DNA of 64,000 nucleotides, taken from contig CAITGV010000005.1 of the NCBI GenBank assembly GCA_903892035.1, positions 41,011-105,010 on the forward strand. Direction: 5' to 3'. This DNA comes from an uncultured bacterium (lineage in GTDB: Bacteria; Patescibacteriota; Minisyncoccia; Phycocordibacterales; UBA9973). How positions within the stretch are numbered: the stretch's first letter is position 1; every line of letters starts with the position of its first letter. Positions 26,432-35,930 of the stretch are shown piece by piece. The position numbers were made by a program, and so were the translations under genes. The notes under the pieces were generated by a model. It saw only the letters and a program-made list of their open reading frames with translations, searched no databases and had not been told where the DNA came from.

Positions 26432-29400
26432 TTAATTTTTTAAATATTCTTTATAAGATTTAATTTCTAAATCTTCGATACGATAATTTGAAAGTGCTTT
26501 TACGAATGCGCGGGCGAGGTGCAGGTCGGTAAAAAGTGGAATTTGATTGTCGACAGCACTACGGCGAATCTGAAAACCATCAGTCAATTTAGTATTATCC
26601 TCTTTTACTGTACCTGTCACCTGACTTAAATTTACCACAAAAGCGACTTGCTTGCTCTGCATTATATCTAGGAAATTTGGTGACGCCTCAAAAGCTTTAC
26701 GAACCATGCTTACATCGAGGCCTTCACTTTTGAAAAATTCAGAAGTTCCTTCAGTAGCAAAAAGTTTATAACCCAAATCTTGTAGCATCTTTGCAGATTC
26801 CAAAAACTTGGCTTTATTTACTGTGCCACCAAGAGCAAGCATCACATTCTTTTTTCTAAAATCAAAAGTGTGTGCACTCATAATTGATTTCAATAGTGCT
26901 TCGTTATAATCTCTTCCAAAACAAGCAACCTCTCCAGTAGAAGACATTTCGACGCGCAATATTGGATCAGCACCAAGAAGTCGAGAAAAAGAAAATTGTG
27001 GAGATTTCACAATTACATTTTTCGGATAAATAAAATTGTGTGGCACTGCTTTTCCAAAAAAACTATCAACGGCCATTTCAGGGAAATTCACATCCATCGC
27101 TTTTGAAAGCATTGGGAAAGTTCGACTTGCACGAAGATTTACTTCAATTACTGAAGGTTTATTGTCTTTAACGAGAAATTGAATGTTGAATGGTCCAGAA
27201 ATATTTAATTCTTTAGAAATCTTTTTTGAAATTTCTTTCAATTGCGATTCAGTTGAAGCATAAACTCTCTGTGTTGGGAAAACTATCGTTGCATCTCCCG
27301 AATGCACTCCTGCATTTTCTACGTGCTCAGAAATTCCGTAGACCATCAATTCTCCGTTTTGAGCAATAGCATCAAATTCAAGTTCTTTTGCATTTTCAAC
27401 AAATTTTGAAATAGTTACAGGGTGTTCAGGTCCCAGAACTGCAGCCTTGCCTATGAAGTTGTGAAGTTGGGCTTTATTGTAACAAACGCTCATAGCGGAC
27501 CCCGAGAGCACATATGAAGGGCGCACAAGCACTGGGTAACCTTCTTTATCAGCAAATTTCTCTGCTTCAGCAACAGTTGAAAAACTTTGCCATTTTGGTT
27601 GTAAAATATTTAATTTATCTAGAAGTGCAGAGAAAGCATTGCGGTCTTCGGCGCGATCGATATTTGAAGCTTTTGTACCTAAAATATGAAAACCTTCTTT
27701 AGAAATTTTTCTTGCCAAATTATTTGGTCGCTGTCCTCCAACTGAAATAATAAGTCCAAAAGCATTTTCAAATTCAAAAATATCAGCAACAGTTTCAAAT
27801 GAAAGATTTTCAAAATACAATCTATCCGACATATCATAATCTGTCGAAACAGTTTCAGGATTGCAATTTATAACAATCGACTTTTTATTGTGCTTTTTTA
27901 AAGCAAGAGCAGCGTTGACACAGGACCAATCAAATTCAACAGACGAACCAATATGATACGGCCCAGAACCCAATACCACCACAGCTTTTTTCCCAATAGG
28001 CGCAACATCGTGGTGAAAACCATGATATGTAAGATACAAATAATTTGTTTTTGCTGGTACTTCTCCCGCAAGAGTGTCTATTTGAAATACAGAAGGCATG
28101 ATGCCAAGACTTTTGCGAAGTTTTCGAATTTGAAATTCAGTTTTCCCTACAACTGAACCAATTTTTTTATCTGAAAAACCAAGTTGTTTTAATTCCAAAA
28201 GATTTTGTTTATCTATATTTTTCTTCGCATGTCCGTAATCTTGATGAAGGCGGGTCTCAGCTTTTACTATTTCTTCTATTCTATACAAAAACCATTTATC
28301 AATACCAGTTATTTTTCGAAGTTCATCTACAGACATTCCATCTTTCATACTTTCAGAAATTGCAAAAAGTCTTTTTGGATTTGGTATATGTAAAAATTTT
28401 TCCACCTCTGCTTTACTTGCAAAACCATTGTCAGTCACACTCTCTGTTGCACCAGATTGCATTCTCACTGCTTTTTGAAGCGCTTCTTCAAAACTACGAC
28501 CTATTGCCATCACTTCACCTACAGATTTCATTGCACTACCAATTTTAAGGTCAGCGCCGACAAATTTATCAAGGTCCCACCTTGGCATTTTTACAACCAC
28601 ATAGTCGAGTGCTGGCTCAAAAAAACTCTGTGTAACTTCCGTAATTTTATTTTTTATTTCCAATAAACTGTAACCAAGGGCAAGCTTTGCTGCAACATAT
28701 GCAAGCGGGTATCCAGTAGCTTTTGAAGCAAGAGCACTTGAACGTGAAAGTCTTGCATTAACTTCAATGACATAATAATCAAGAACCCCACCCTGCCCTC
28801 CCCGAAGGGAAGGGTTAGGATTCAGCGCATACTGCACATTACATTCACCAACAATTCCAAGACTTTGCACAATTTTAATACTTGCTTCGCGTAGTCCATG
28901 ATATTCAGCATTCGTCAAAGTTTGAGAAGGAGCAATGACAATCGAATCTCCAGTATGAATTCCAAGTGGATCAAAATTTTCCATATTACAAACTGTCACA
29001 GTATTATTATATTTATCTCGAACTACTTCATATTCAATTTCCTTAAAATGATGCAAATATTTTTCAATTAAAACTTGAGGTGAAATTGCAAGTGCACCTT
29101 CGACAATTTCTTTCAATTCTTTTTCATTTTCCGCTACTCCAGACTTTTGTCCACCCAAAGCAAAAGCGGCACGCACCATTATTGGGTAACCGATTTTTTT
29201 TGCTTCTTCTATTGAATCTTTTAAATTCGTAGCAGCTGCCGATGGTGCGGTCGGAATTCCCAATGCCCTTAAATGATCTGCAAAAAGTTGCCGATCTTCA
29301 GTGAGGTCAATTGATGCTACTGGAGTTCCTAATACTTTTATATTATATTTTTTTAATATACCTTTTTCTTCTAAAGCAAGCCCACAATTAAGTGCAGTCT

Positions 29401-29674
29401 GCCCACCAAAAGAAAGCATTATGCCGTCTGGTTTTTCTTTTATAATAACTTTCTCAACAAAATATGGATTGACTGGTAAGAAGTATACTTCATCAGCAAG
29501 ATCTTTTGATGTTTGAAATGTTGCAATATTTGGATTGATCAAAACAGTTTTAATATTTTCTTCCTTAAGTGCTTTTATAGCTTGGCTTCCAGAATAATCA
29601 AATTCACCTGCTTCACCAATTTTCAAAGCTCCTGAACCTAAAACCAATATTTTTTTAAATTTTTGTATTTTCAT
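26432..29674 (-). CDS. carB: Carbamoyl-phosphate synthase large subunit
   Basis: 1080 aa with duplicated ATP-grasp halves, an oligomerisation domain and a C-terminal MGS-like domain. Confidence 0.95.
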   Translation of the reverse strand: MKIQKFKKILVLGSGALKIGEAGEFDYSGSQAIKALKEENIKTVLINPNIATFQTSKDLADEVYFLPVNPYFVEKVIIKEKPDGIMLSFGGQTALNCGLALEEKGILKKYNIKVLGTPVASIDLTEDRQLFADHLRALGIPTAPSAAATNLKDSIEEAKKIGYPIMVRAAFALGGQKSGVAENEKELKEIVEGALAISPQVLIEKYLHHFKEIEYEVVRDKYNNTVTVCNMENFDPLGIHTGDSIVIAPSQTLTNAEYHGLREASIKIVQSLGIVGECNVQYALNPNPSLRGGQGGVLDYYVIEVNARLSRSSALASKATGYPLAYVAAKLALGYSLLEIKNKITEVTQSFFEPALDYVVVKMPRWDLDKFVGADLKIGSAMKSVGEVMAIGRSFEEALQKAVRMQSGATESVTDNGFASKAEVEKFLHIPNPKRLFAISESMKDGMSVDELRKITGIDKWFLYRIEEIVKAETRLHQDYGHAKKNIDKQNLLELKQLGFSDKKIGSVVGKTEFQIRKLRKSLGIMPSVFQIDTLAGEVPAKTNYLYLTYHGFHHDVAPIGKKAVVVLGSGPYHIGSSVEFDWSCVNAALALKKHNKKSIVINCNPETVSTDYDMSDRLYFENLSFETVADIFEFENAFGLIISVGGQRPNNLARKISKEGFHILGTKASNIDRAEDRNAFSALLDKLNILQPKWQSFSTVAEAEKFADKEGYPVLVRPSYVLSGSAMSVCYNKAQLHNFIGKAAVLGPEHPVTISKFVENAKELEFDAIAQNGELMVYGISEHVENAGVHSGDATIVFPTQRVYASTESQLKEISKKISKELNISGPFNIQFLVKDNKPSVIEVNLRASRTFPMLSKAMDVNFPEMAVDSFFGKAVPHNFIYPKNVIVKSPQFSFSRLLGADPILRVEMSSTGEVACFGRDYNEALLKSIMSAHTFDFRKKNVMLALGGTVNKAKFLESAKMLQDLGYKLFATEGTSEFFKSEGLDVSMVRKAFEASPNFLDIMQSKQVAFVVNLSQVTGTVKEDNTKLTDGFQIRRSAVDNQIPLFTDLHLARAFVKALSNYRIEDLEIKSYKEYLKN

Positions 29675-29675
29675 A

Positions 29676-30734
29676 TTATTTATTGATTAATCCTGCTTTT
29701 TTTAAAAAATAATCAAAAATCCAATCTGTATCAAGCGGGCCTGGTGAACTTTCGGGGTGAAATTGCACAGACATAAAAGGAAAAGTTTTGTGAATTATTC
29801 CTTCATTTGTTCTATCATTTGCATTGCTAAACCATTGTTTAAATCCTTTCGGAATTTTTCCTACAGCAAAACCGTGATTTTGTGTTGTTAGATAACAACT
29901 ATTTGTGCCTTCTAAAATACAAGGTTGGTTTTGACTTCTGTGTCCAAATTTTAATTTATATGTCGTACCTCCCATCGCAAGAGCGAGAATTTGATTTCCA
30001 AGACAAATGCCAAGTGTTGGAATTTTTTTAGCAATTATTTTTTTAACATTTGCAATTGTTTCTTTTACTTTTTTAGGATCTCCAGGACCATTTGAAATTA
30101 ATACTGCATCAACTTTAAAATCCAATTTTGTTACATCTGTATTCCAAGGCACTATTGCGACTCTTAGACCGCGATCAAGAAGTCTACGAACCATATTTTT
30201 CTTATTTCCACAGTCTATTAAAACAATTGTTTTTTTACCTTCGCCCAATATTTGTATCTCTTTCGTAGAAATCTCGGCAGCCAAATTTCTTTTATTCGGA
30301 TCTTCAAAAGGAACATCTTTTCCTTCTACTATAATTTTTCCAAGCGTAGAACCTTCGTCGCGAAGTTTTTCTGTAAGCATTCTTGTATCTTTAATTTCAA
30401 GTGCTGGAATTCCCTGTTTTTTTAGCCATTCACTTAATGTCATTTCGCTATCGTAGTGTGATGGAGTATCGATGTAACTTGAAACTATAAGTCCGGAAAT
30501 TTGAATATTTTCAGATTCCCATTTTTCTTTATTTGGTACACCATAATTTCCTACAAGTGGATACGTCATCACTAGTATTTGTCCTCGAAAAGAAGGATCG
30601 GTAATTGCTTCTGGATATCCCACCATACCCGTAGCAAAAACAACTTCTCCGGACATTGAAATATCTGCGCCAAAACTTTTGCCGACAAATTCACTTCCAT
30701 CTTTGAAAACCAATTTAGAAAATTTATTTTTCAT
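29676..30734 (-). CDS. carA: Carbamoyl-phosphate synthase small (glutamine amidotransferase) subunit
   Basis: 352 aa with the CPSase small-chain N-terminal domain and a class I GATase domain (catalytic GICLGNQ). Confidence 0.9.
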   Translation of the reverse strand: MKNKFSKLVFKDGSEFVGKSFGADISMSGEVVFATGMVGYPEAITDPSFRGQILVMTYPLVGNYGVPNKEKWESENIQISGLIVSSYIDTPSHYDSEMTLSEWLKKQGIPALEIKDTRMLTEKLRDEGSTLGKIIVEGKDVPFEDPNKRNLAAEISTKEIQILGEGKKTIVLIDCGNKKNMVRRLLDRGLRVAIVPWNTDVTKLDFKVDAVLISNGPGDPKKVKETIANVKKIIAKKIPTLGICLGNQILALAMGGTTYKLKFGHRSQNQPCILEGTNSCYLTTQNHGFAVGKIPKGFKQWFSNANDRTNEGIIHKTFPFMSVQFHPESSPGPLDTDWIFDYFLKKAGLINK

Positions 30735-31953
30735 TTTTTTTAATTACTCCATTAATAATAGTCGCGACGACATTCCCTGGAAAAGTGACGCCTAAAAAAG
30801 GTGACCACTTACATTTTGTTTTTAAAATATTTTGTGTGATACATATTGGTTTATTTAAATTCAACATACAGAGTGATCCACTGTAACCTTCCTGTATTTT
30901 TCCATATTTATTTTCCATGAATATATTTAAAAAGTTACCCGGATTTGTTGAACATACTTTTAAAATTTCTTCAGGTTTAAAATTGTGCACCACAATAAGC
31001 CACGAAACAAAATTTCCGTAAGTATCGAGATGTGTGAGACCAGAAATACCTTTTTCTTTTTCCTCAATACTATGAGGAGCGTGATCTGTGGCAAGGTAAT
31101 CAATATCACCCGCACGCAACATCTCAATAAGAGCTAGACGATTTTCTTTTGTTTGCCTTATAGGCGGGTTCACTTGAAATTTCGTTCTGTTTTCTTCAAT
31201 CATACTTTCATCAAAATATAGATGGTGTGGTGTGACTTCTACTCTCACTTTCAATCCCCTTTTCTTCGCATCAACTATTTTTTTAATTCCTTCTATTGTT
31301 GAGCAATGACAAATTTTTCCGACAATATTATATTTTTCGATTAAATAAAGAGCGAAGTCTACTGCTGAAATTTCTGCGCTCGCAGGGCGACGCATTTCGT
31401 GGGTTGGTAAGTCTTTCGAGATTTCCATTATTTCTGGATCCTCACAATGAAAACTAACATTCTGTCCTTCATATTTTGAAATTGAATTTTCTAAATCAGA
31501 AAGCGTAGTAAAAAATAAATCTCCAACTGAGTGTCCCATAAATACTTTGTACGGAACATTCTTATCTAAAGGATTAGTATTAGGGCCAATACCAGCATAG
31601 AGCAGTACCTCTACTGGTGATTTTTTGGCCAAATTGTTTTTTACATTATAACTTTCATCATCTATTGGTGAAACTACATTGTTTGGCATGTCAGCAAATG
31701 CCACAACACCACCATTTATCGCTGCTTCGCCTGCAGTAGTAAAATCTTCTTTATATTCTTGTGAGTGACTTGCATCCTCGCGAGCGTGAACATGAAGGTC
31801 TATAAAACCAGGGAAAATTAATTCATCTTTAAAAACAATATCTGCGATACCGGTCGCATCTGTAACTTTTGAAATTAAACCGGAATCATTAATTTCAACT
31901 CGTCTGCGAGCTTGTCCGTTTTCTGTGATGATGTTTCCTTCGATGGTTAGCAT
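30724..31953 (-). CDS. pyrC: Dihydroorotase (amidohydrolase family)
   Basis: 409 aa with the metal-binding HVH near the N-terminus (DLHVHARE) and a later DHAPH motif. It overlaps carA by 11 nt. Confidence 0.8.
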   Translation of the reverse strand: MLTIEGNIITENGQARRRVEINDSGLISKVTDATGIADIVFKDELIFPGFIDLHVHAREDASHSQEYKEDFTTAGEAAINGGVVAFADMPNNVVSPIDDESYNVKNNLAKKSPVEVLLYAGIGPNTNPLDKNVPYKVFMGHSVGDLFFTTLSDLENSISKYEGQNVSFHCEDPEIMEISKDLPTHEMRRPASAEISAVDFALYLIEKYNIVGKICHCSTIEGIKKIVDAKKRGLKVRVEVTPHHLYFDESMIEENRTKFQVNPPIRQTKENRLALIEMLRAGDIDYLATDHAPHSIEEKEKGISGLTHLDTYGNFVSWLIVVHNFKPEEILKVCSTNPGNFLNIFMENKYGKIQEGYSGSLCMLNLNKPICITQNILKTKCKWSPFLGVTFPGNVVATIINGVIKKNEK

Positions 31954-32061
31954 AATATTAAATATTTACTATATATAGATTACTATATTAGGTCTTCGAC
32001 TCGGACAATGTGAAAATGAATACACTTTCACTTGCTCCTCGTTCGACCTAATAAAAAAATA

Positions 32062-32088
32062 CCCCCATCTCTCGGGGTGAGAGTGGGG
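32062..32088 (-). terminator. Attenuator-like intrinsic terminator in the pyrC-carAB-pyrB leader. A short leader ORF (31969-32124, minus) is translated across it.
   Basis: The minus strand reads CCCCACTCTC-ACCCC-GAGAGATGGGGG followed by TATTTTTTTATT, about 110 nt upstream of the pyrC start. A TTGACA-17-TATCTT promoter-like pair lies at 32172-32144 (minus). Confidence 0.45.
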
Positions 32089-32182
32089 TTTCAAAGTCAT
32101 AGAAGTGTGTTCTTTATATTTCATGTCTTTAGGTATTCCATAAAAGATACCAAAATGAGAATTTAATGTCAAATAAATAAAC

Positions 32183-32215
32183 AAAGGGGTTGAAACTTTC
32201 GCTCCAACCCCCTTT
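32183..32215 (-). terminator. Rho-independent terminator (10-bp G/C-rich stem, 12-nt loop, followed by GTTTATTTATTTG on the minus strand)
   Basis: Read directly. It is the second of two G-run/C-run hairpins downstream of the NUDIX gene; the first is at 32291-32352. Confidence 0.55.
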
Positions 32216-32418
32216 CATCAACCCATCTGAGTGAAAAAACATATCTTGATTCTAGAACATTAAATAATGTCTAGGAATTGTATTAAATTAAGAACAAAAA
32301 AAAGGGGGCGGCAATAAACATGAAATTTGTAAAGTAAAAATTAACTAATTACCACCCCCCTTACAAGTTATTTTATTAAACCATAAACTAAATATATTTG
32401 CAAGTAACCTGTGGAAAA

Positions 32419-32943
32419 CTATTTATTTAGTAATAGTTGAGTCTCTTTTAGAAAAGCTATTGAGGTTTTGCGATTGTGAACTTTTTGTTGAAATTTATCA
32501 TCCTTTGGTTTATTTAAATATGCCTTTTCAATTTCTAGAATTTTATTTTCTAAATTTGAAATTGCATATGGTATGCTTTGCCATACCGGAACAGTTATTT
32601 TTTCCTCAAATTGCGTAGTAGTAGGCTTTACTAAACTCCCCACAATTTTACAAATGTATCCTTGAACAATATATTTTTGTTTAGAAAAATCTCTATAAGC
32701 CACTACTTCACCAACTTCAGAAATTATTTCAATATTTGCACCCACTTCTTCCATTGTTTCTCTCCTAAGTGCATCTTCGTAGCTTTCACCTTCTTCTACG
32801 CCACCACCCACGAGCAAACTTCCATTACCAAAAAATAGAACTTCTGTTTCTTTTTCATTTAGAATTACAGCCCTAACAACCTTTCTGACTGTATAGCCTT
32901 CTGGAAGAAAATTATTGTCATTAAATAACGCCAAATTTTTCAT
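32419..32943 (-). CDS. NUDIX hydrolase
   Basis: 174 aa with the Nudix box GGGVEEGESYEDALRRETMEEVG (GX5EX7REUXEEXGU). Confidence 0.85.
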   Translation of the reverse strand: MKNLALFNDNNFLPEGYTVRKVVRAVILNEKETEVLFFGNGSLLVGGGVEEGESYEDALRRETMEEVGANIEIISEVGEVVAYRDFSKQKYIVQGYICKIVGSLVKPTTTQFEEKITVPVWQSIPYAISNLENKILEIEKAYLNKPKDDKFQQKVHNRKTSIAFLKETQLLLNK

Positions 32944-32983
32944 ATTTATATTTTACCACATTTTAAAATTTATGCAAGTTATA

Positions 32984-33871
32984 TTATTGTTCCGCTAGGT
33001 CTTGCCTAGCGATGAATAACTCTCCTTTGAAATTTGCTGATTTTTCGAAAGAATGATCTTTTCGAATTAATACATATTCAAAATTATATAAAGATAAAAT
33101 TTCAGCCGGTACAAAAAATAAACAAGTTGCAAGGCAATCTGCAAGAAGTGCTGTATCAGCAATTACCCACACAGCTACAATGTCACCATGCGATGATAAT
33201 GTTTTTGGATTTATGATATGAGTAAATTCTCCCCAAGCTCTTCGATTACCAGCAGACCCACAAATACTACCACTGCCCAAAGTATAAACTCCGACAACTT
33301 GACTTGTATTTTCAGGATTCTCAAGTCCTACGCGAATAGTATTTTTACTTTTTTGTAAAATATCTCCACCTGCATCAATACAAAATTCTTTTATCTCATT
33401 TTGCATCAATATTTCACCAACAATATCTATCAAATAACCCTTCCCGCCAGCACCGAGGTCAAGCATTGCTGGTACTTTCATGTTTATTTTCGAATCTCTA
33501 TATGTAAAAACATCCTCCCACTTTGGAGGAATTTTTAATTCATTTTTTTGTTTTAAAGTATATGTAGCATCATATCCAGCATCAGAAAGTAAATCACCGA
33601 CTAGTGGAGTAAAAAGTCCGTTAGTTTTTTTATACAAATCATAATAAAGAGAGAAAATTTTTTCTGCATCAGATGGAAGAGAAAATTCTCCAATTTCTTT
33701 TGACATTTTTGTCACCAATGAATCAGCACGAAAACGAGAATATGAAATATCAAAATCCTCAATGCGACTCATTATTTTTTCTAAAAGCTTTTCTTCAGAA
33801 ATTCCTAAAATTGGCTCGTAAATTTCTAATTGCCACCTTGTACCAATTGCTTCAAAATTAAACTGTGACAT
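32984..33871 (-). CDS. apbE: FAD:protein FMN transferase (ApbE family)
   Basis: 295 aa ApbE/Ftp fold (..LDLGAGGKGY.., ..IDAGGDI.., ..SGSICGSAGNRRAWG..). Confidence 0.75.
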   Translation of the reverse strand: MSQFNFEAIGTRWQLEIYEPILGISEEKLLEKIMSRIEDFDISYSRFRADSLVTKMSKEIGEFSLPSDAEKIFSLYYDLYKKTNGLFTPLVGDLLSDAGYDATYTLKQKNELKIPPKWEDVFTYRDSKINMKVPAMLDLGAGGKGYLIDIVGEILMQNEIKEFCIDAGGDILQKSKNTIRVGLENPENTSQVVGVYTLGSGSICGSAGNRRAWGEFTHIINPKTLSSHGDIVAVWVIADTALLADCLATCLFFVPAEILSLYNFEYVLIRKDHSFEKSANFKGELFIARQDLAEQ

Positions 33872-33872
33872 T

Positions 33873-34451
33873 TTATACTTTTGCTTGAGCTTTTATTTGA
33901 TCCAATGCATCATTGAAACCCATTGGGGTTAGAGAAGAACCGGAAACTCGAGTAAGATAAATACTGTCTACACTTTGCCCTACAACGTATTGATTTACTC
34001 CAGAAATAAACATATCTTCATATCTTTGAGAACGTCGATCGCCTGCCATATTTGTAACTGAAAGCGATGTGACTTTATCATTTTGAATTGTCAGAGAAAC
34101 CCCTAACTGATCATAGCCTCCAGGAGATTGGTATGAACCTGTAGCAGAATATGAACCATTTTTATAGACAGTAGTCACTATGGGTATTTTTACAATAGGA
34201 GGAATTTTTACCGGTGGAGTCTGTTTTATGGGTGGGGTCTGTGGCTTATTGTCAGCAACTGGATTTGTGGGTGGTGTATTTGAAACTGCAGGAGTATTAT
34301 TGCCTGGAACAGTATTGTTAGGATTTTGTATTTGATTATCTGGTGGAACTACTGAAGGTTTATTTTCCGAAAAAACAGTAATAAAAACTACAGCAATTAC
34401 AACTAACGTACCAATTGCAATACCAATTCCTTTGTGTGATTGATTTTCCAT
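33873..34451 (-). CDS. Membrane-anchored FMN-binding domain protein (probable ApbE flavinylation substrate)
   Basis: 192 aa with an N-terminal TM helix, a Pro/Thr/Asn-rich linker and a C-terminal FMN_bind-like domain with a Ser/Thr-rich candidate flavinylation site (RVSGSSLT). Confidence 0.55.
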   Translation of the reverse strand: MENQSHKGIGIAIGTLVVIAVVFITVFSENKPSVVPPDNQIQNPNNTVPGNNTPAVSNTPPTNPVADNKPQTPPIKQTPPVKIPPIVKIPIVTTVYKNGSYSATGSYQSPGGYDQLGVSLTIQNDKVTSLSVTNMAGDRRSQRYEDMFISGVNQYVVGQSVDSIYLTRVSGSSLTPMGFNDALDQIKAQAKV

Positions 34452-34452
34452 A

Positions 34453-34884
34453 TTAAATATTATTTACTTGATAATTTATTGTATCTGCAACCTTTTGTTT
34501 TGGCTGTTGAATACAAAGTACATCTGCTCCATTCATAAATACTACAAATGTCGCAAGTGCTAAACCAAAATCCCTCGTTCCAATTTCTCCGTAACCCACG
34601 ACAAGCATTATATCAAAAAGATGAAGTGCAAGAAGAAGTGCCACCGTACGTGTCCTCCAACCAAAAACCAAAAGCAAACCAAAAACCAATTCAAACATTG
34701 CATTGAAATATACTAAAGTCGTAGCCGGAAGAGTGGTAAATGTCACAGCTCCGTCTGGAACATATGCTGTATAGCTTTGTGTATGGAGAAGCTGTTGTAT
34801 TCCAAACCAAAGTATCACCATAGTCATACCATAACGTAAAACACTTGCTGAATATTTTTCTAAAAATGAAATAACTTTGTGCAT
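34453..34884 (-). CDS. DoxX family membrane protein
   Basis: 143 aa with 4 TM helices and DoxX-like topology and size. Confidence 0.55.
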   Translation of the reverse strand: MHKVISFLEKYSASVLRYGMTMVILWFGIQQLLHTQSYTAYVPDGAVTFTTLPATTLVYFNAMFELVFGLLLVFGWRTRTVALLLALHLFDIMLVVGYGEIGTRDFGLALATFVVFMNGADVLCIQQPKQKVADTINYQVNNI

Positions 34885-34922
34885 ATTTTTATTATATCAC
34901 TACTACATTAATACGTAAAAAA

Positions 34923-35909
34923 TTAAGTATGGTGCCTTATCTTATAGTTCTTGTGATAATGAATAATAGCAGGAATACTTGCAGCTACTGGGAGGGAAAG
35001 AAAAGCTCCGAGAATTCCAAAAAGACTTGCACCAATTAGAACAGACAGAAAACTAACAGAAGGATATAAATTGAGTGCTTTATTGTAAATTACTGGTGAA
35101 AGAATAATATTCTCAGCTTCCTGTGAAAGGAAATAAAGTGCAATAACCAATAATCCTGTAATTGGTGATATGCCAAAAGCTATAATAACAGCTGGTATTG
35201 CTCCAATAGTCTGTCCAACTAATGGAAGTAAATCCATAATCGCAGCAAATACAGCCAACGGAAGTGCAAAAGGAATATTTAAAAGTGTAAGGCCGACAAA
35301 TATCACAATGCCACAAATCAATGAAATAAGAAGGTTTCCTCTAATATATTTTCCTGTTACTCTAGAAACTTCTAAAAATAATTCTCGGATTTTTTCTCTT
35401 TCTTTATGCGGTACTGTATGGAGAAATAATTCAAATAATCTATCAGCATCATATACCAAGAAAAATGTCAGCACGACTGTAGTAATAATTGCAAGTAACA
35501 TTACAGCAATATTCATTGTAGTAGACGCATAATCAAAATGAGATTGAATGTACCCCAACAAATTAAAACTTCGAAGAAATACGGGTAAAATATTTGAATG
35601 TGTAATTGTATTACTCAAAGTCAAAAACATATTTGGAATTTCACCTGCAATACGTGGGATAAAAGTAAAAGCCCAGTAAATAAAAGGAATAATAGGAGCA
35701 ATTAAAACTAAAAAAATAGTCAGAAGTTTTGGCATTTTTGTTTTTTTCTGTACTATTTTTACAATTGGATATAGTGCTGTTGCTAAAACAAAAGCAATAA
35801 GTATCACGGGAAAAGCCGGGAGGGCCTTCCAAAACAAAACAACAATTACTCCCATAGCAACAATTCGTGCTAATGCTTGCCAACTTAAAGGGTGTTCATT
35901 TTTTTCCAT
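34923..35909 (-). CDS. AI-2E family transporter (PerM/YhhT-like permease)
   Basis: 328 aa with ~8 TM helices and an AI-2E family signature region near the C-terminus (..LVGQTIGAIPAVIIAFG..SPVIY..). Confidence 0.65.
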   Translation of the reverse strand: MEKNEHPLSWQALARIVAMGVIVVLFWKALPAFPVILIAFVLATALYPIVKIVQKKTKMPKLLTIFLVLIAPIIPFIYWAFTFIPRIAGEIPNMFLTLSNTITHSNILPVFLRSFNLLGYIQSHFDYASTTMNIAVMLLAIITTVVLTFFLVYDADRLFELFLHTVPHKEREKIRELFLEVSRVTGKYIRGNLLISLICGIVIFVGLTLLNIPFALPLAVFAAIMDLLPLVGQTIGAIPAVIIAFGISPITGLLVIALYFLSQEAENIILSPVIYNKALNLYPSVSFLSVLIGASLFGILGAFLSLPVAASIPAIIHYHKNYKIRHHT

Positions 35910-35930
35910 ATAACTAATTATATCAAAATA

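Noticed and set aside
26432-29674. Numerous 60-70-aa ORFs on the opposite strand of carB (e.g. 27514-27702, 27953-28156, 28205-28666) and similar antisense ORFs inside topA, guaB, dus, the ABC transporters and the AI-2E permease
   Set aside because: They are fully nested antisense to long conserved genes and have low-complexity translations and no expression signals, which is typical six-frame noise in AT-rich DNA.
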